DNA of 64,000 bases from IMG/VR virus record IMGVR_UViG_3300005618_000016, one strand, 5' to 3'. The first letter of the stretch is position 1, and each line of letters begins with the position of its first letter. This document shows positions 31,180 to 41,479 of the stretch, one piece after another. This DNA comes from an uncultured virus (IMG/VR IMGVR_UViG_3300005618_000016). Taxonomy: Duplodnaviria > Heunggongvirae > Uroviricota > Caudoviricetes. The notes under the pieces are model-generated. The model ran no database searches. It was not told where the DNA came from and saw only the letters and a program-made list of their open reading frames with translations. The position numbers and the translations under genes are program-made.

Positions 31180-32453
31180 GGACGCTTCTCGCGCTTCGAG
31201 TCGCGATCCATCGCTCGCGTCACCGCCGTCCCGAGTCGCTCGAGAGCACGCGCGTGGACGACGAACAGCTCCCCGCGCTGCGTCTCTACGAGTACGGTGC
31301 CCTCTCCCTTGAGGAAGCGCTTGTTGTGGTCGTCGAGAGCCGCCAGGCGCCGCGCGTCGGGCTCGACGACCGTTCCAGTCATGCCGCGGTACATCGAGTC
31401 GGAGCCCGCGACGCGAACGGGCGTCCCGGGGCGAGCGGTCGAGCGGGTGAGGCGACCCGTGCGAGGGCCGCGTCGACGGTCTTCTTCGACGTCCCCACCG
31501 CCCATCTCGCCCTTGATCCGCAAGAGTTCGTCTGCGAGCCACCCTCTTGAACCGTCGAGCGTCTTCCGGAACCCTTCCCAGAACGCAGCGTCTTCGTCTA
31601 GATTTCGCTTCGTGTCGTTCTCCAAGTCCTGGAGCATGTTCCGCGCGATGACCATCGCGTCTCGCTTCGTTTCGAGCGGGAGTACGTCCTCGGGAGGCAT
31701 CTTGCTGGCCTCGATGAGCTGAGTGCGAACCCAGTCCATGAAATGATCACTTTCGAGCTGACGGGTGGCGTACTCGATACCTGCGGTTTCGGCGCGAGCG
31801 GACATGTCTGTAGCGGGCCTGTAGTTTCGGCGTGGCGCATCAGCGTAACCGAACGATCGGCGTCCACCTCGCCCACCACCGTACTCCTCGATCGGTACAG
31901 CGGAGCTCGGTAGCTGCGTCACCTTCTTTCGAGAGCTAGGCCCCTCCGTGTGCCAGTACCCGCCTTCGGAACGTACGTTCGCCTCGTCGTACGCGCCGTC
32001 GCTGCGTGGGAAGTAGAGTTTCGTTGCTCCTTTGCCTGTCCCTCGAATGAGCAGCGAGACCAGATGCGTCGCTCCCTCTCCGCGCGCGTGCGCGACGAGG
32101 TCGTCTAGCGTGTTGAAGTCGGCGACTCGGTGGCCGGCGGCTCGTGCCCGCGGGGAGACGAAATGGCGCCCGGGTTCGGGAGGCTTCTGGTAGCGGCGAG
32201 CTTCGCTCGTCCCGCTAGTGTCTGGCGTCGGCCACACTTCGCGTTTGCGGCCCATATACGCGCGAATGAACGCTCGCGCGACCTCTCCGTTGACATCGAT
32301 CATGCCGCGTGAATCGACGATGCCGAGCTTGTACGACAACTCTCCGACCCACCACTCGGCGCGTTGCTTCGATCGTTCGCGGCCCAAATCGTCATCGTGG
32401 TTCGCAGCTTGACGCGCCTGCTGACGCATCGCGTGTTCTTGTTCGCGTGTCAT
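31140..32453 (-). CDS. multidomain hypothetical protein with Arg-rich linkers
   Basis: ATG with AAGGAG SD, overlapping the upstream stop. Confidence 0.7.
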   Translation of the reverse strand: MTREQEHAMRQQARQAANHDDDLGRERSKQRAEWWVGELSYKLGIVDSRGMIDVNGEVARAFIRAYMGRKREVWPTPDTSGTSEARRYQKPPEPGRHFVSPRARAAGHRVADFNTLDDLVAHARGEGATHLVSLLIRGTGKGATKLYFPRSDGAYDEANVRSEGGYWHTEGPSSRKKVTQLPSSAVPIEEYGGGRGGRRSFGYADAPRRNYRPATDMSARAETAGIEYATRQLESDHFMDWVRTQLIEASKMPPEDVLPLETKRDAMVIARNMLQDLENDTKRNLDEDAAFWEGFRKTLDGSRGWLADELLRIKGEMGGGDVEEDRRRGPRTGRLTRSTARPGTPVRVAGSDSMYRGMTGTVVEPDARRLAALDDHNKRFLKGEGTVLVETQRGELFVVHARALERLGTAVTRAMDRDSKREKRPPKAKRSAPRRKR

Positions 32454-33058
32454 CGCGGTCTCCTTCGAGCGTGTCCCATGTGCTGCTCGTAGATGGTGTC
32501 CGGAGTTACACCATTCTGATTGAACAGCTCGGCGATGAGGTGGGTGGCTCCGTCGGCTTCCACCGGTCTCGTGTCGGTGCCCTCTTTGTCGAGGTGCGCG
32601 AAAGGGCGTCCGTTGAAGGCGAGATAGCGACCGGGTTCGACCGTCCATCCCACCTCGAGTGGCCGATGCGGCCCACGCGGCGCTGCCACGCGCCCCTTCG
32701 GTGCCTCGTCGACCAGCTCACTCTCCGGATCGTCGAGCGCCTCCTGAAGCGCGTCGCGGATGTACCGGAGCTCGTCGATCTCGGCTTTGGAGAAGGTACC
32801 CTTCCCGAGCTGAAACTTGTTCCTACCGAGCTTCTTCACGCGGGCAAGATCACTGTCGATGTTCGCGATGGCGTCCGTGAAGACCCATGCGTAGTTCCAG
32901 CCGCCAGATGACGAGATGGCGTAGAGCGGGTCGGTCTCACCGCCCGTCCACCCCTGCATCAGCTTGAGCGCTTCCTCGTCATAGACAGCGATCTTCCGCA
33001 TGTCGCGCTCGTCTTTCTCGGGCGCGGGATCGTCGTCGTAGGGGATGGGCTTGGACAT
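32450..33058 (-). CDS. hypothetical two-domain protein
   Basis: coupled ORF; linker VDEAPKGRVAAPR. Confidence 0.7.
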   Translation of the reverse strand: MSKPIPYDDDPAPEKDERDMRKIAVYDEEALKLMQGWTGGETDPLYAISSSGGWNYAWVFTDAIANIDSDLARVKKLGRNKFQLGKGTFSKAEIDELRYIRDALQEALDDPESELVDEAPKGRVAAPRGPHRPLEVGWTVEPGRYLAFNGRPFAHLDKEGTDTRPVEADGATHLIAELFNQNGVTPDTIYEQHMGHARRRPR

Positions 33059-33597
33059 CAGCGTCCCCTCCGAGCTGCTCGAGATCCCACGGGTGGGCCG
33101 CGACGGGGAGCCTCTTCGACCTGATCCTGATCTACGGTGATACCTTCTGCGTCGATCTGCTGTTGAACGTCACGCTCCATCGCGGCATGGGCGAGCGCGG
33201 CCCAGTTGATCGAGTCACCCTCGACCGCCGGTTGCCCGTATTCCTCGCTGTAGGCGTCGTGGTTGTCCGAACACATGAGCACCTGAAAGTTCGCATGTGT
33301 GTAGATGACCCAGTACGAACCATCGACCGTCTGGTGTAGCCACTGGTCCAGGCTTTCCTGATCGGTAACCTCTCCGTCCTTGATTGCACGTCGGAGGTCT
33401 TCGACGGTACCGCGCACGCTTTGGTAGTATTCGGCGCGCAACACGCGCATCGCATCCTCGTGCTGTTCATCGGTGATGCGTCCGTCGTTCTTGGGGTTTG
33501 CGCTGCCTGAACTACCCCTACGACCGCCCGGCGCGCCGCCCCTTGAGATCTTCTTCTTCGGGGCCATCATGCTCTTCTCCTGAAAATGTCGTTTCAC
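33058..33597 (-). CDS. Ocr (T7 gp0.3)-like DNA-mimic anti-restriction protein with basic tails
   Basis: DQESLDQWLHQTVDGSYWVIYT..FQVL..SD..DAYSEEYG recalls the Ocr core. Confidence 0.55.
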   Translation of the reverse strand: MKRHFQEKSMMAPKKKISRGGAPGGRRGSSGSANPKNDGRITDEQHEDAMRVLRAEYYQSVRGTVEDLRRAIKDGEVTDQESLDQWLHQTVDGSYWVIYTHANFQVLMCSDNHDAYSEEYGQPAVEGDSINWAALAHAAMERDVQQQIDAEGITVDQDQVEEAPRRGPPVGSRAARRGR

Positions 33598-33866
33598 GGG
33601 ATCCTCCCAACGTTGTTCACACGGATCTCGAAGCGCTCGAAGACGCTCGCTTCAGGATCTTCCTTGTACTGTGCGACGGCCTCCGGGCCGCCGTAGAACT
33701 TCGCGCCCCACGTGCTGTAGATGAGCACGTCGAGGTTGGCGCTACCGGTAGAGGCGGCCATGCCGAGCGCGAACGAGGCGGCCTCGTCCCAGGTCTTGAA
33801 GATGCGATCCTTGCCGCTGCCGTCTTCGACCGCGTACTCGACGTCCTTGTGTTTGCGCTGGGCCAT
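33594..33866 (-). CDS. hypothetical protein
   Basis: coupled ORF with AAGGAG SD. Confidence 0.65.
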   Translation of the reverse strand: MAQRKHKDVEYAVEDGSGKDRIFKTWDEAASFALGMAASTGSANLDVLIYSTWGAKFYGGPEAVAQYKEDPEASVFERFEIRVNNVGRIP

Positions 33867-34909
33867 CAGTCTTCTCCTTCTCTGGAATCCCACACGAGTT
33901 CTCCGTCGCGCGTGATGACGCGCACGTAGTCTCCCTCGAAACTGGAAGAGTCGGCGATCTTCTGCGCCTCACGGATCGTTTCGTCCTCGTCGTCGTAACC
34001 GTATTCGTAACCAGAGACGAGAGTTCCGTCAGAGTAGAGCCCTTGGATGACGTACTCCGGATCGTCTTCGTTTTCCTCTTCCTCTTCTTCCGGCTCGTCG
34101 ATCTCGATGAACTCCGCAGCCTTGGTGCCCTTGATGGCATCGGCAAACTCGCGCGGTGAGAGTTCCCACATGATGCCGTCGAACGTCTCTCGGAACACTT
34201 CGCTAGCCGCCTCTCCGTACTCCTTCTCGAGTTCGGCGTAGTATCCGGGGTTGTGATCCATCTCCCACTCTTCGAGGATCTCGTCGGCCACCTGGAGCGC
34301 TTCGTCGATGTGGCCGCCTTGCGTCACGGCAATCGCGCCGACGTGCGGCCCGTAGCCCTGCACGTTGACGACGATCGCTACCGAGACGGGATCGTCATCG
34401 TCGAGATCGATTGAGTTGTTGTCGACGATTTCTCCGCCAACGAGGAGGACGCCCTTCGCGAGCACCTCTTTGAAGTTCTCCAGGTCTTTTGAAATTCCTC
34501 TCGGCATGTTCATGTTCTCCTGCGCTCGAACCCGAGCGTTTGATTCTTTGACGTACCCGTCGTGGTACCCGAACGCGCCGGGTACTACGACGGACAACGG
34601 TTCATCTGCGGGGCGGATTGCATCCTCCCACGTGAGTCGCTCGCGTACCCACCACGATGGTACGCCCTGGTCCCATCTGCGGGGGCTGATGCGATCTACG
34701 AGCTCGTAGATCTTCTCGCCGACCTTTTCCTTCGCGTCACGAAGCTTCTCGAGCTTCTTGCGCTCCGTCGAGGAGAGCCACTGCGTCTGAAACTTGTGCC
34801 CGTGCTTGCCGCCGAGCTGGATCTCGTACGCGAGCAGCGCCTCACTCGCTTTCGCATAGGCCGCGTGCAGCGTGTCCCACTTCTTCTTATCGGCTGCCGT
34901 CGCCATCAT
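33866..34909 (-). CDS. multidomain, very acidic protein
   Basis: D/E-rich C-terminal two thirds (e.g. EPEEEEEENEDD). Confidence 0.7.
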   Translation of the reverse strand: MMATAADKKKWDTLHAAYAKASEALLAYEIQLGGKHGHKFQTQWLSSTERKKLEKLRDAKEKVGEKIYELVDRISPRRWDQGVPSWWVRERLTWEDAIRPADEPLSVVVPGAFGYHDGYVKESNARVRAQENMNMPRGISKDLENFKEVLAKGVLLVGGEIVDNNSIDLDDDDPVSVAIVVNVQGYGPHVGAIAVTQGGHIDEALQVADEILEEWEMDHNPGYYAELEKEYGEAASEVFRETFDGIMWELSPREFADAIKGTKAAEFIEIDEPEEEEEENEDDPEYVIQGLYSDGTLVSGYEYGYDDEDETIREAQKIADSSSFEGDYVRVITRDGELVWDSREGED

Positions 34910-35307
34910 GTTCTCCACTCGACCCAACCCGGGTCGACTTCTAGCGGTAACTCTGACGTGGGCACGCCCACCGTCTTCAAAACTCCTCGGAGCGTCTTCC
35001 ACTCTTCGGCGGCGATTTCCGTGAGGTACTCCTCCTCGGAGTCGCTCTCGATGCCGTTCAAGCCGCCGCTCTGAAGCGTCTGGAGGATCCCCTCGATGTT
35101 GACGTCAGCTTCGGCGCGCGCGCTCACGAAACTGAACTCGCCGCGTCGGTACTCGTCGCGACGATCCTCGAACTCGTCCTGGTCGAGGTACGAAGCGTCG
35201 GCGTCTTCGTCCTGGTCAAAGATCACACGGATCGCCTGCAACCTCACCGCCGGTCTACGGGCGGGGGCTGCGACCACGCGGCGTCGCGTGCGCTCGGAGT
35301 CGACCAT
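34906..35307 (-). CDS. acidic hypothetical protein
   Basis: DQDEDADASYLDQDEFE...GLNGIESDSEEEYL. Confidence 0.7.
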   Translation of the reverse strand: MVDSERTRRRVVAAPARRPAVRLQAIRVIFDQDEDADASYLDQDEFEDRRDEYRRGEFSFVSARAEADVNIEGILQTLQSGGLNGIESDSEEEYLTEIAAEEWKTLRGVLKTVGVPTSELPLEVDPGWVEWRT

Positions 35308-36306
35308 CTTGTGCCTGTAGTGTCCCCGAGCCCGGAGGGGCCGTCAAGAGGGCGGTTGCAGAAGGCTCACGGAGGGTGTACGGTAGGTGAATAAACGTCG
35401 AACCCGCTCCGTCCGAGCCAATATGCCGTCGAAACCCCAAACGTGGGCACAATGGGCCCGCGCCTGCATCCGCGACCCCAAGAGCCCATCCAAGATCACC
35501 AAGGACATGCTCGCCGCCCTGACGGGTACCGACGCCCGCGCCCTGGACGCCATCGTGGCGTGCTGGACCGTGTACGCCTACACGGGCGACCCGTTCGTGT
35601 TCGAGGCCGTGCGGGTGCTCGTGCGCATCATGCAGGTGCACACGCGCCCGCTCGCGCGAGAGCTCATCCCGTTCGTGCTCGACTGGGGCGACCGGGAACG
35701 GTTGTGGCCTCTCGTTCAAGTCACCCACGTGGAGGATCACGGATGAACGTCGTGAGCTCGAAGCAGAAGTCGAAGTTGCAACACCTCGCCGTCAGCGGCG
35801 ACCCGCAGGCGGCGCGCGCCGAGGAGATCCTCCGGTGCCTCGACAAGGGCATCGTGCCGCCACCGGAGGCGGTCGAGTGGCTCATCGAGTGGCTCCGGCG
35901 AGGAGCAGCGTGAGAGTTGAACTACTCGCCGAACTCGCCGACCTGTTCTCGCGTGAGGCGATCAGAGCGAAGAAGTGCGGAGATCCGATCGAGTCTGATC
36001 GACTCGAGGAACTGGCAAACGAGTGGCAAGAGCTGTTCGCGAAAGCCGATCGCGCTGAGATGTTGAGGGCGCTTCGGTGACTCGTCGCGGTAAGACGCTC
36101 GGTCAACTGTTCCCGCGAGCGGCGAGACGGTGGCCGAGAACGTTCTTGCTCGGAATTGTCATGTTGTCCGGCACTGTCGCAAGCGTCGCCGTGACTTGCG
36201 TTGCGTTGTATCTGAATCCCAACGGGCCTCTCTACTTTGCTGCAGCAGTGGTTCTTGGGTTGATGGTCTGCGCGATACGTGCAGACATCCAAGATCGGAA
36301 GGACCA

Positions 36307-36564
36307 GTGAAGAGATCGTTCTCTCAGTTCGTGAAACGCCTCGGCGCCGTCGGGCTGCTGAACGGCGTCGAGGATCGCTCGCTCGCTCTCCATGTCTCGT
36401 TGAAGGAGCTCTACGAGGGTCCGAACCGCGCGCCATCGATCACTGCCGCTCGACGTGCCGTCTACCTGTGGCTCATGGAGGAGGGCAAGGGGAACAACGA
36501 GATCGCGCGGCTCTTCGACCGGGCGCCGAACAGCGTGTGGAAGATGACGAAAGGGAAGTCATGA
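36307..36564 (+). CDS. DnaA-C/TrpR-like helix-turn-helix protein
   Basis: ITAARRAVYLWLMEEGKGNNEIARLFDRAPNSVW. Confidence 0.6.
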   Translation: MKRSFSQFVKRLGAVGLLNGVEDRSLALHVSLKELYEGPNRAPSITAARRAVYLWLMEEGKGNNEIARLFDRAPNSVWKMTKGKS

Positions 36565-36939
36565 GCGAGAAGAACTCCAAGAAGATGAAGCGCATCGTGC
36601 GAGACTTGCAGGAGCTTCGAGGTTGCACGTACACGGCGGCCCTTCTCGAGCTTCGGGCGCTGCCGGAGGGCACGGACTGGAAAGAGCACGTCATGCGTGT
36701 GGCGCTGCAAGAACCGGAGGAAGGCGCGCAAAAATGAGTGATGAGCGCCACGTGATCGCGACGTTCTACTCGGACCATTCGCTCTCGTCCGAGCGAACTC
36801 GAATTGAGATCTGGTCCGACGGCGAGATGTCGCTGGTCGTTCCGGGGAAAGAGCCCGTGCAGATCGCGAAGTGGGGCGAACGTCCATATCGAGGCAGCAA
36901 AAGCATGTTCGAGCTTTGCGCGCTGCCGACGAGGGAGTC

Positions 36940-37302
36940 GTGAGCCACACCTGCCACTCCCCCGACTGCACGCGCCCAGTTCCGCCGCGGATGCTGTTCT
37001 GCTTGCCCCACTGGCGAGCGCTTCCGAAGAAAGTTCAGGACGCCGTCTGGCGTGAGTACCGCTCGGGTCAGGAGATCGACAAGAAACCGAGCCTTCGCTA
37101 CCTCTCCGTGCAACGGCTCGCGTGCGCGCATTCGGTGTTCAAGCCGGACGATGAAGAGGCGGCGCTCCTCGCGCTCGTCTGTTTGAAGGAAGCCGTCAAC
37201 TACTCCAGGGCGGCGGTCGAGGCGGGCCTGGGAGATCCGCTCGAGAACCTTGCGCCAAAGGACGGGCTACTTGCGAAAGCGCGCCTCAGGGTGGTGAGGT
37301 GA
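36940..37302 (+). CDS. Zn-binding hypothetical protein
   Basis: HTCHSPDC...LFCLPHWRALP. Confidence 0.6.
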   Translation: MSHTCHSPDCTRPVPPRMLFCLPHWRALPKKVQDAVWREYRSGQEIDKKPSLRYLSVQRLACAHSVFKPDDEEAALLALVCLKEAVNYSRAAVEAGLGDPLENLAPKDGLLAKARLRVVR

Positions 37303-37755
37303 TGGCTGATCTGTTCGTCATGGTGCACGACGACCCCCGCGTGTGGAGGTTCACCGGGCAAACGAAATCCTTCGTCACGCTCGAGTCGCACGACGGGACC
37401 GCATCGGCAGCGGTGAAGACGCTCTGCCGGGTCGGGACCGCGCGGGACTGGCGCACGTCGGAAAGCTTCGCGAGTGCGTGGAAAGCCGGTGGCGGGGAAC
37501 GGTTCAGATGAGCGCCGTCAAGGAGGTGGAGTTACGTCTCGAGGGGCTTACGGACATGGCCCTGATCGGATCCGACGATTCGATCTGGCTCGTCGTTCCG
37601 CTCCGGTGGTGGGATTTGGCGACGCTCATCTGGTGGGCGTTCGTTCCGAACGACAAGAAGGCCACGGTGAAACTCACCCTGGCGGACGGGAAAAAAGTCA
37701 AATGCAAGACGGTACGTGTCGCAACGAAACACGTGCGAGTGCGGGGGATAAGCGC

Positions 37756-38595
37756 GTGACTACGTCCGAAGCACCCCCCGTTGCTCGACCTTTCCTCAAG
37801 TGGGCAGGAGGCAAGGGCGCTCTGCTACACGAGATCCTTCCGCGCCTTCCGAAGAAGATCGAAACGTACTACGAACCATTCGTCGGTGGTGGTGCAGTGT
37901 TCTTCGCGCTCGCGGCGGAGAAACGGTTCAATAGAGCCGTGATCGGAGACACGAACGACGATCTCATCGAGACGTACTACGCGATCCAGAACGATCTCGA
38001 CGAGGTCGTTCAACGGTTGAAGATTCACGCCGGTAAGCATTCCGAAGAGTATTTTTACAAGGTGCGCGCGCAACGGGGTTCCTACGTTGCGGCTCGGATC
38101 ATCTATTTGAACCGTACGTGCTTCAACGGGCTCTATCGCGTGAACCAGAAGGGCGAGTTCAACGTTCCGTTCGGGAAGTATGCGAACCCGAAAATCTGCG
38201 ACGAAGAGAACCTGACCGCAGTGTCAGAGGTGCTGCATGGGGTAGATCTAGAAACGAATGACTTCGAGACGATGGTGGTCACCGCGCAGCGAGGAGATTC
38301 GGTCTACTTCGATCCGCCGTACGCTCCTCTCTCGGATACGTCGAACTTCACCGCCTACACCGCTGGAGGTTTCGGTTCGTCCGAACAGGAGCGTCTCCGA
38401 GATGTCGCGAAAAAGCTCATCGACCGCGACGTGCACGTGTTGCTGTCGAACAGTGACACGCCGTTCGTCCGAGATCTCTACGGCATGACGCGCGTGTTCA
38501 AGATCGAGGAGGTTCAAGCGCCTCGCCGTGTGAACTCGAAGGGCAAGAAGCGAGGGAACGTCGGAGAGCTTCTCATCTCCGGGAGGACGCGATGA
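37756..38595 (+). CDS. dam: Dam-like (D12 class) DNA adenine methyltransferase
   Basis: PFLKWAGGK, YYEPFVGGGAV, YLNRTCFNGLYRVN..GEFNVPFG, YFDPPY. Confidence 0.92.
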   Translation: MTTSEAPPVARPFLKWAGGKGALLHEILPRLPKKIETYYEPFVGGGAVFFALAAEKRFNRAVIGDTNDDLIETYYAIQNDLDEVVQRLKIHAGKHSEEYFYKVRAQRGSYVAARIIYLNRTCFNGLYRVNQKGEFNVPFGKYANPKICDEENLTAVSEVLHGVDLETNDFETMVVTAQRGDSVYFDPPYAPLSDTSNFTAYTAGGFGSSEQERLRDVAKKLIDRDVHVLLSNSDTPFVRDLYGMTRVFKIEEVQAPRRVNSKGKKRGNVGELLISGRTR

Positions 38596-39095
38596 GAAAG
38601 TGGATCACAGAGTTACTCTCCGCGCTGGGGTTCGCCTTGATCCTTGGTGGCATCGGCTGGTGGGTGGCGTATCTGCTGTCAGGGAAACCGCCCCCGTGTG
38701 TGCTTCTCACGGATGCCCAACCTTTCAACCTGGTGATACGTGACGGGCGCTTCATGCTCTGCCGTCCGTTGAGCGACGAAAGTATCGACGTGGTGTGTCG
38801 CGTCTTGGAGGAGAAGCCATGTCGGTGAAGACGTTCGTGGGAGAAGCGCTCGCCTTCACCGTAGGCGCGTTCGGCGTGCTCGTCGTGAAGGGCATCGTGA
38901 AGCTGCTCGAGGTCGCGGCGGAAGCGGACCAGGCGTGGAGACAGAGGGGTTCGAGATGACGGGGGAGGAAGAGCTTCGGGCGTTCGTAGAACGGGTCGTG
39001 AAGAAGATTCACGAACGGTACGACGCGATGCGCGAGGTCGTACGTAGGCGCGGACAGGATGCGCGGGACGAGCAACGCCAGAAGGATGAGCGCGA

Positions 39096-39317
39096 ATGAA
39101 GCAAGAGACTCAGCCCGTCCCCGAGGCGAGCGCGCCGGTCGATTCTGACGACCTGACGGAGCGCGAGCTTTGCGAGTTGTCGTGCTTCATGCCGAACCTT
39201 GCATGCGTCATCGAGCGGGAGCCGCCTCGGATGGTTGAGGAGACGAGGCGTGCCGCAAGACAGGAGGTCGCGTGGCTGCTTCGCGAAATCATCCGCCTGA
39301 GAGGCGGCGCAACATGA
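39096..39317 (+). CDS. hypothetical protein, paralog of the 14977-15765 N-terminus
   Basis: DDLTE.E...LS...PNLACVIEREPPR. Confidence 0.65.
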   Translation: MKQETQPVPEASAPVDSDDLTERELCELSCFMPNLACVIEREPPRMVEETRRAARQEVAWLLREIIRLRGGAT

Positions 39318-39569
39318 AGAAACGTCACCGTTGGGACGATGCCGATCGGTGCCGTGACTGTGATGTCAGGCGCGAGGGGTATGGCGGAGGTCGGACGGGC
39401 TTTCTGTGCTACTACCGCGCGGACGGGACGTTTATCGGACTCACGGCGCCGTCGTGTCAGGTCGGCGGGACTGAAACCGGCAAGGGCTCTCGAAGATGAA
39501 GCACGGATGTACGGCAGGCCGCGCGTATCGGGACACGAGACGGTCTAATCTTTCAGAGAGGAGCTACCA

Positions 39570-39935
39570 ATGAACGCTTGGCAGGAATTGCAGGAGTCGC
39601 TGGAACCGGGAGAGACCGTGGAGGCGATCGTCTTCGGTCCGTGGGGATGGGGCTCGGCCCCGACCAAGGGCGAGGACTGGGAGCCGGGCTATGACGAACC
39701 CGACCCGCCTCCTGTGCCGTTCGACAAGCGCGGTATCGTGTTGAAACCAGAAGAGGCGGAGCCGTTCATGCAGACGTGGAAGTTCTCCGGCGGCTTCGGT
39801 GCGCCTAAGTGCTACGCGGTGCGGATCTGGACCAACCGCCGTATCTTGTGGGTGACCCAATACGACGGCTCGACGGGTCTCGATTCGTCGGCGCGCCATC
39901 CGTATGCGCACATGCCGGACATGCCCGGTGGCTAG
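39570..39935 (+). CDS. hypothetical protein
   Basis: GAGGAG SD; 121 aa. Confidence 0.65.
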   Translation: MNAWQELQESLEPGETVEAIVFGPWGWGSAPTKGEDWEPGYDEPDPPPVPFDKRGIVLKPEEAEPFMQTWKFSGGFGAPKCYAVRIWTNRRILWVTQYDGSTGLDSSARHPYAHMPDMPGG

Positions 39936-39957
39936 CTCAAGAGACGGAGTCGCGAAG

Positions 39958-40740
39958 ATGAAGCATCAGAAGGCGGCTGTCCGGAAACGACCGGTCACGC
40001 GAACGGTTGAGCCCTCCACCAAGAAACACATCTGCATTGCATGCGGTCATGTCGCGGTCCCCAGACGCCAGACGTTTCATAGCGGGTGCTCCGGCGAAGT
40101 CTGCGCGAAGTGCGGCTCCGAGGACATATTCGCCTACGAAACTAAATCGGACATCGCGGAGCACAAGCGCGCGTGCGCAGAAGATCAGGAAGCGAAAGAG
40201 GCCGCCGCTAAGAGGCGCAGGCGGTCGGAGTATTGGTGAGCGCGCACATGAAAGACGAATTGAGCCGCGTGAAGCAGCCCGACACGACAACTCCGACCGA
40301 GCCCGTCACGCGCGAGTTGAGTGCTCCACCTATCGGCGCGACGTGCACCCACCCACGGATGCGCTGCCCGAACGGGACGCACGGATGCGGCAAGGCGTGC
40401 GGTCACTGGTGGTGCCCGGACTGCGGGCTGTCTTGGGACGAGGGCATGTGATGGGCTGGATCTCTGACCGCCACATGCGCCGCGGCGGGTCGATCGGCCC
40501 CGGCGGCCTCAAGGCGCATAAGCGCGGCGCGCCGCTCCGGAAGATCGTCGGCATCGTTCGCCCATCGGAGAGCATCTTCGAGCCCGCGCGCGTCACACTC
40601 GAATGCGGGCACGAGGCCGAGTCGTGGGGCGGTGTCCGAGCTAGGTGTGTCGCGTGCAAGAAAGCTGCGGTGCAACCGTGAAGCATCAGGAAACGACAAC
40701 CCCGACCGAGCCGGTCACGCGAATGGCAGATGCTCCACCT
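39958..40740 (+). repeat. three degenerate ~63-bp gene-start repeats (39958, 40269, 40678)
   Basis: (a/g)tgaagca...cc(g/c)gtcacgcg...ctccacc. Confidence 0.7.
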
Positions 40741-41064
40741 AGAGAGCCCGTGTGCTGGTTCGCGGGCGTCATGGAGGCCAAGCTCCGCGAGAACGACCAC
40801 AAGGGCGGATGGGGGGACTGTGACTTCGACTATCTGGAGAAGCGTATCCGGGAGGAGCTTGCCGAGCTCGCAACGGTGCTCATGCAGTACCAGATCGCGG
40901 CCCTCTCGCCGCATGAGGTGACCCGGACGCGATACCTCGGAGAGAAGGCGAAGCGCGAGGCCGCGGACGTTGCGAACTTCGCGATGATGATCGCGGACCG
41001 GTTACGCGGGGAGCTTCTGGATCTGGATAGCCCAGAACCAGAAGAAAGCGAGCGCGCCCCGTGA
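40678..41064 (+). CDS. MazG-like nucleotide pyrophosphohydrolase fold protein
   Basis: KLRENDHKGGW...REELAEL...REAADVANFAMMIAD. Confidence 0.6.
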   Translation: MKHQETTTPTEPVTRMADAPPREPVCWFAGVMEAKLRENDHKGGWGDCDFDYLEKRIREELAELATVLMQYQIAALSPHEVTRTRYLGEKAKREAADVANFAMMIADRLRGELLDLDSPEPEESERAP

Positions 41065-41479
41065 ATCAGTCGAAGCCGGCAGATCCCCTCACCGACGACA
41101 TCAAAGCATCGATCAGTCTAGCGGCTCGAGTAGCAGTCGATCGTTCCGTCCCGCTCACCGAACTCTCGGACCTACTACAGAAGGAATACGAGTCCGCCCA
41201 AGCCATCAAACAGCGTCCGAAAGCGTTCGAGCCAGCACGCCCCGGTTCCTTCGTCACGTACGTCGATCCGAAGAAAGGCCCACTACTGGCGCACGTGCTC
41301 GACGTGTACGAGTCGAACAAGATCAAGTTGCGCGCGCACCTGACGGCGCAACCGGACTTCGACAGGGACCAGGTTCCGTTTTCGGACAAGCCGTCGCCGG
41401 GACATTGGAGCTTCCGGTGAAGTCACGCTGGAATCCGAAAATGGGGAAGAAGCTGTTCATGCGCGACGTAAGGGAGAAC

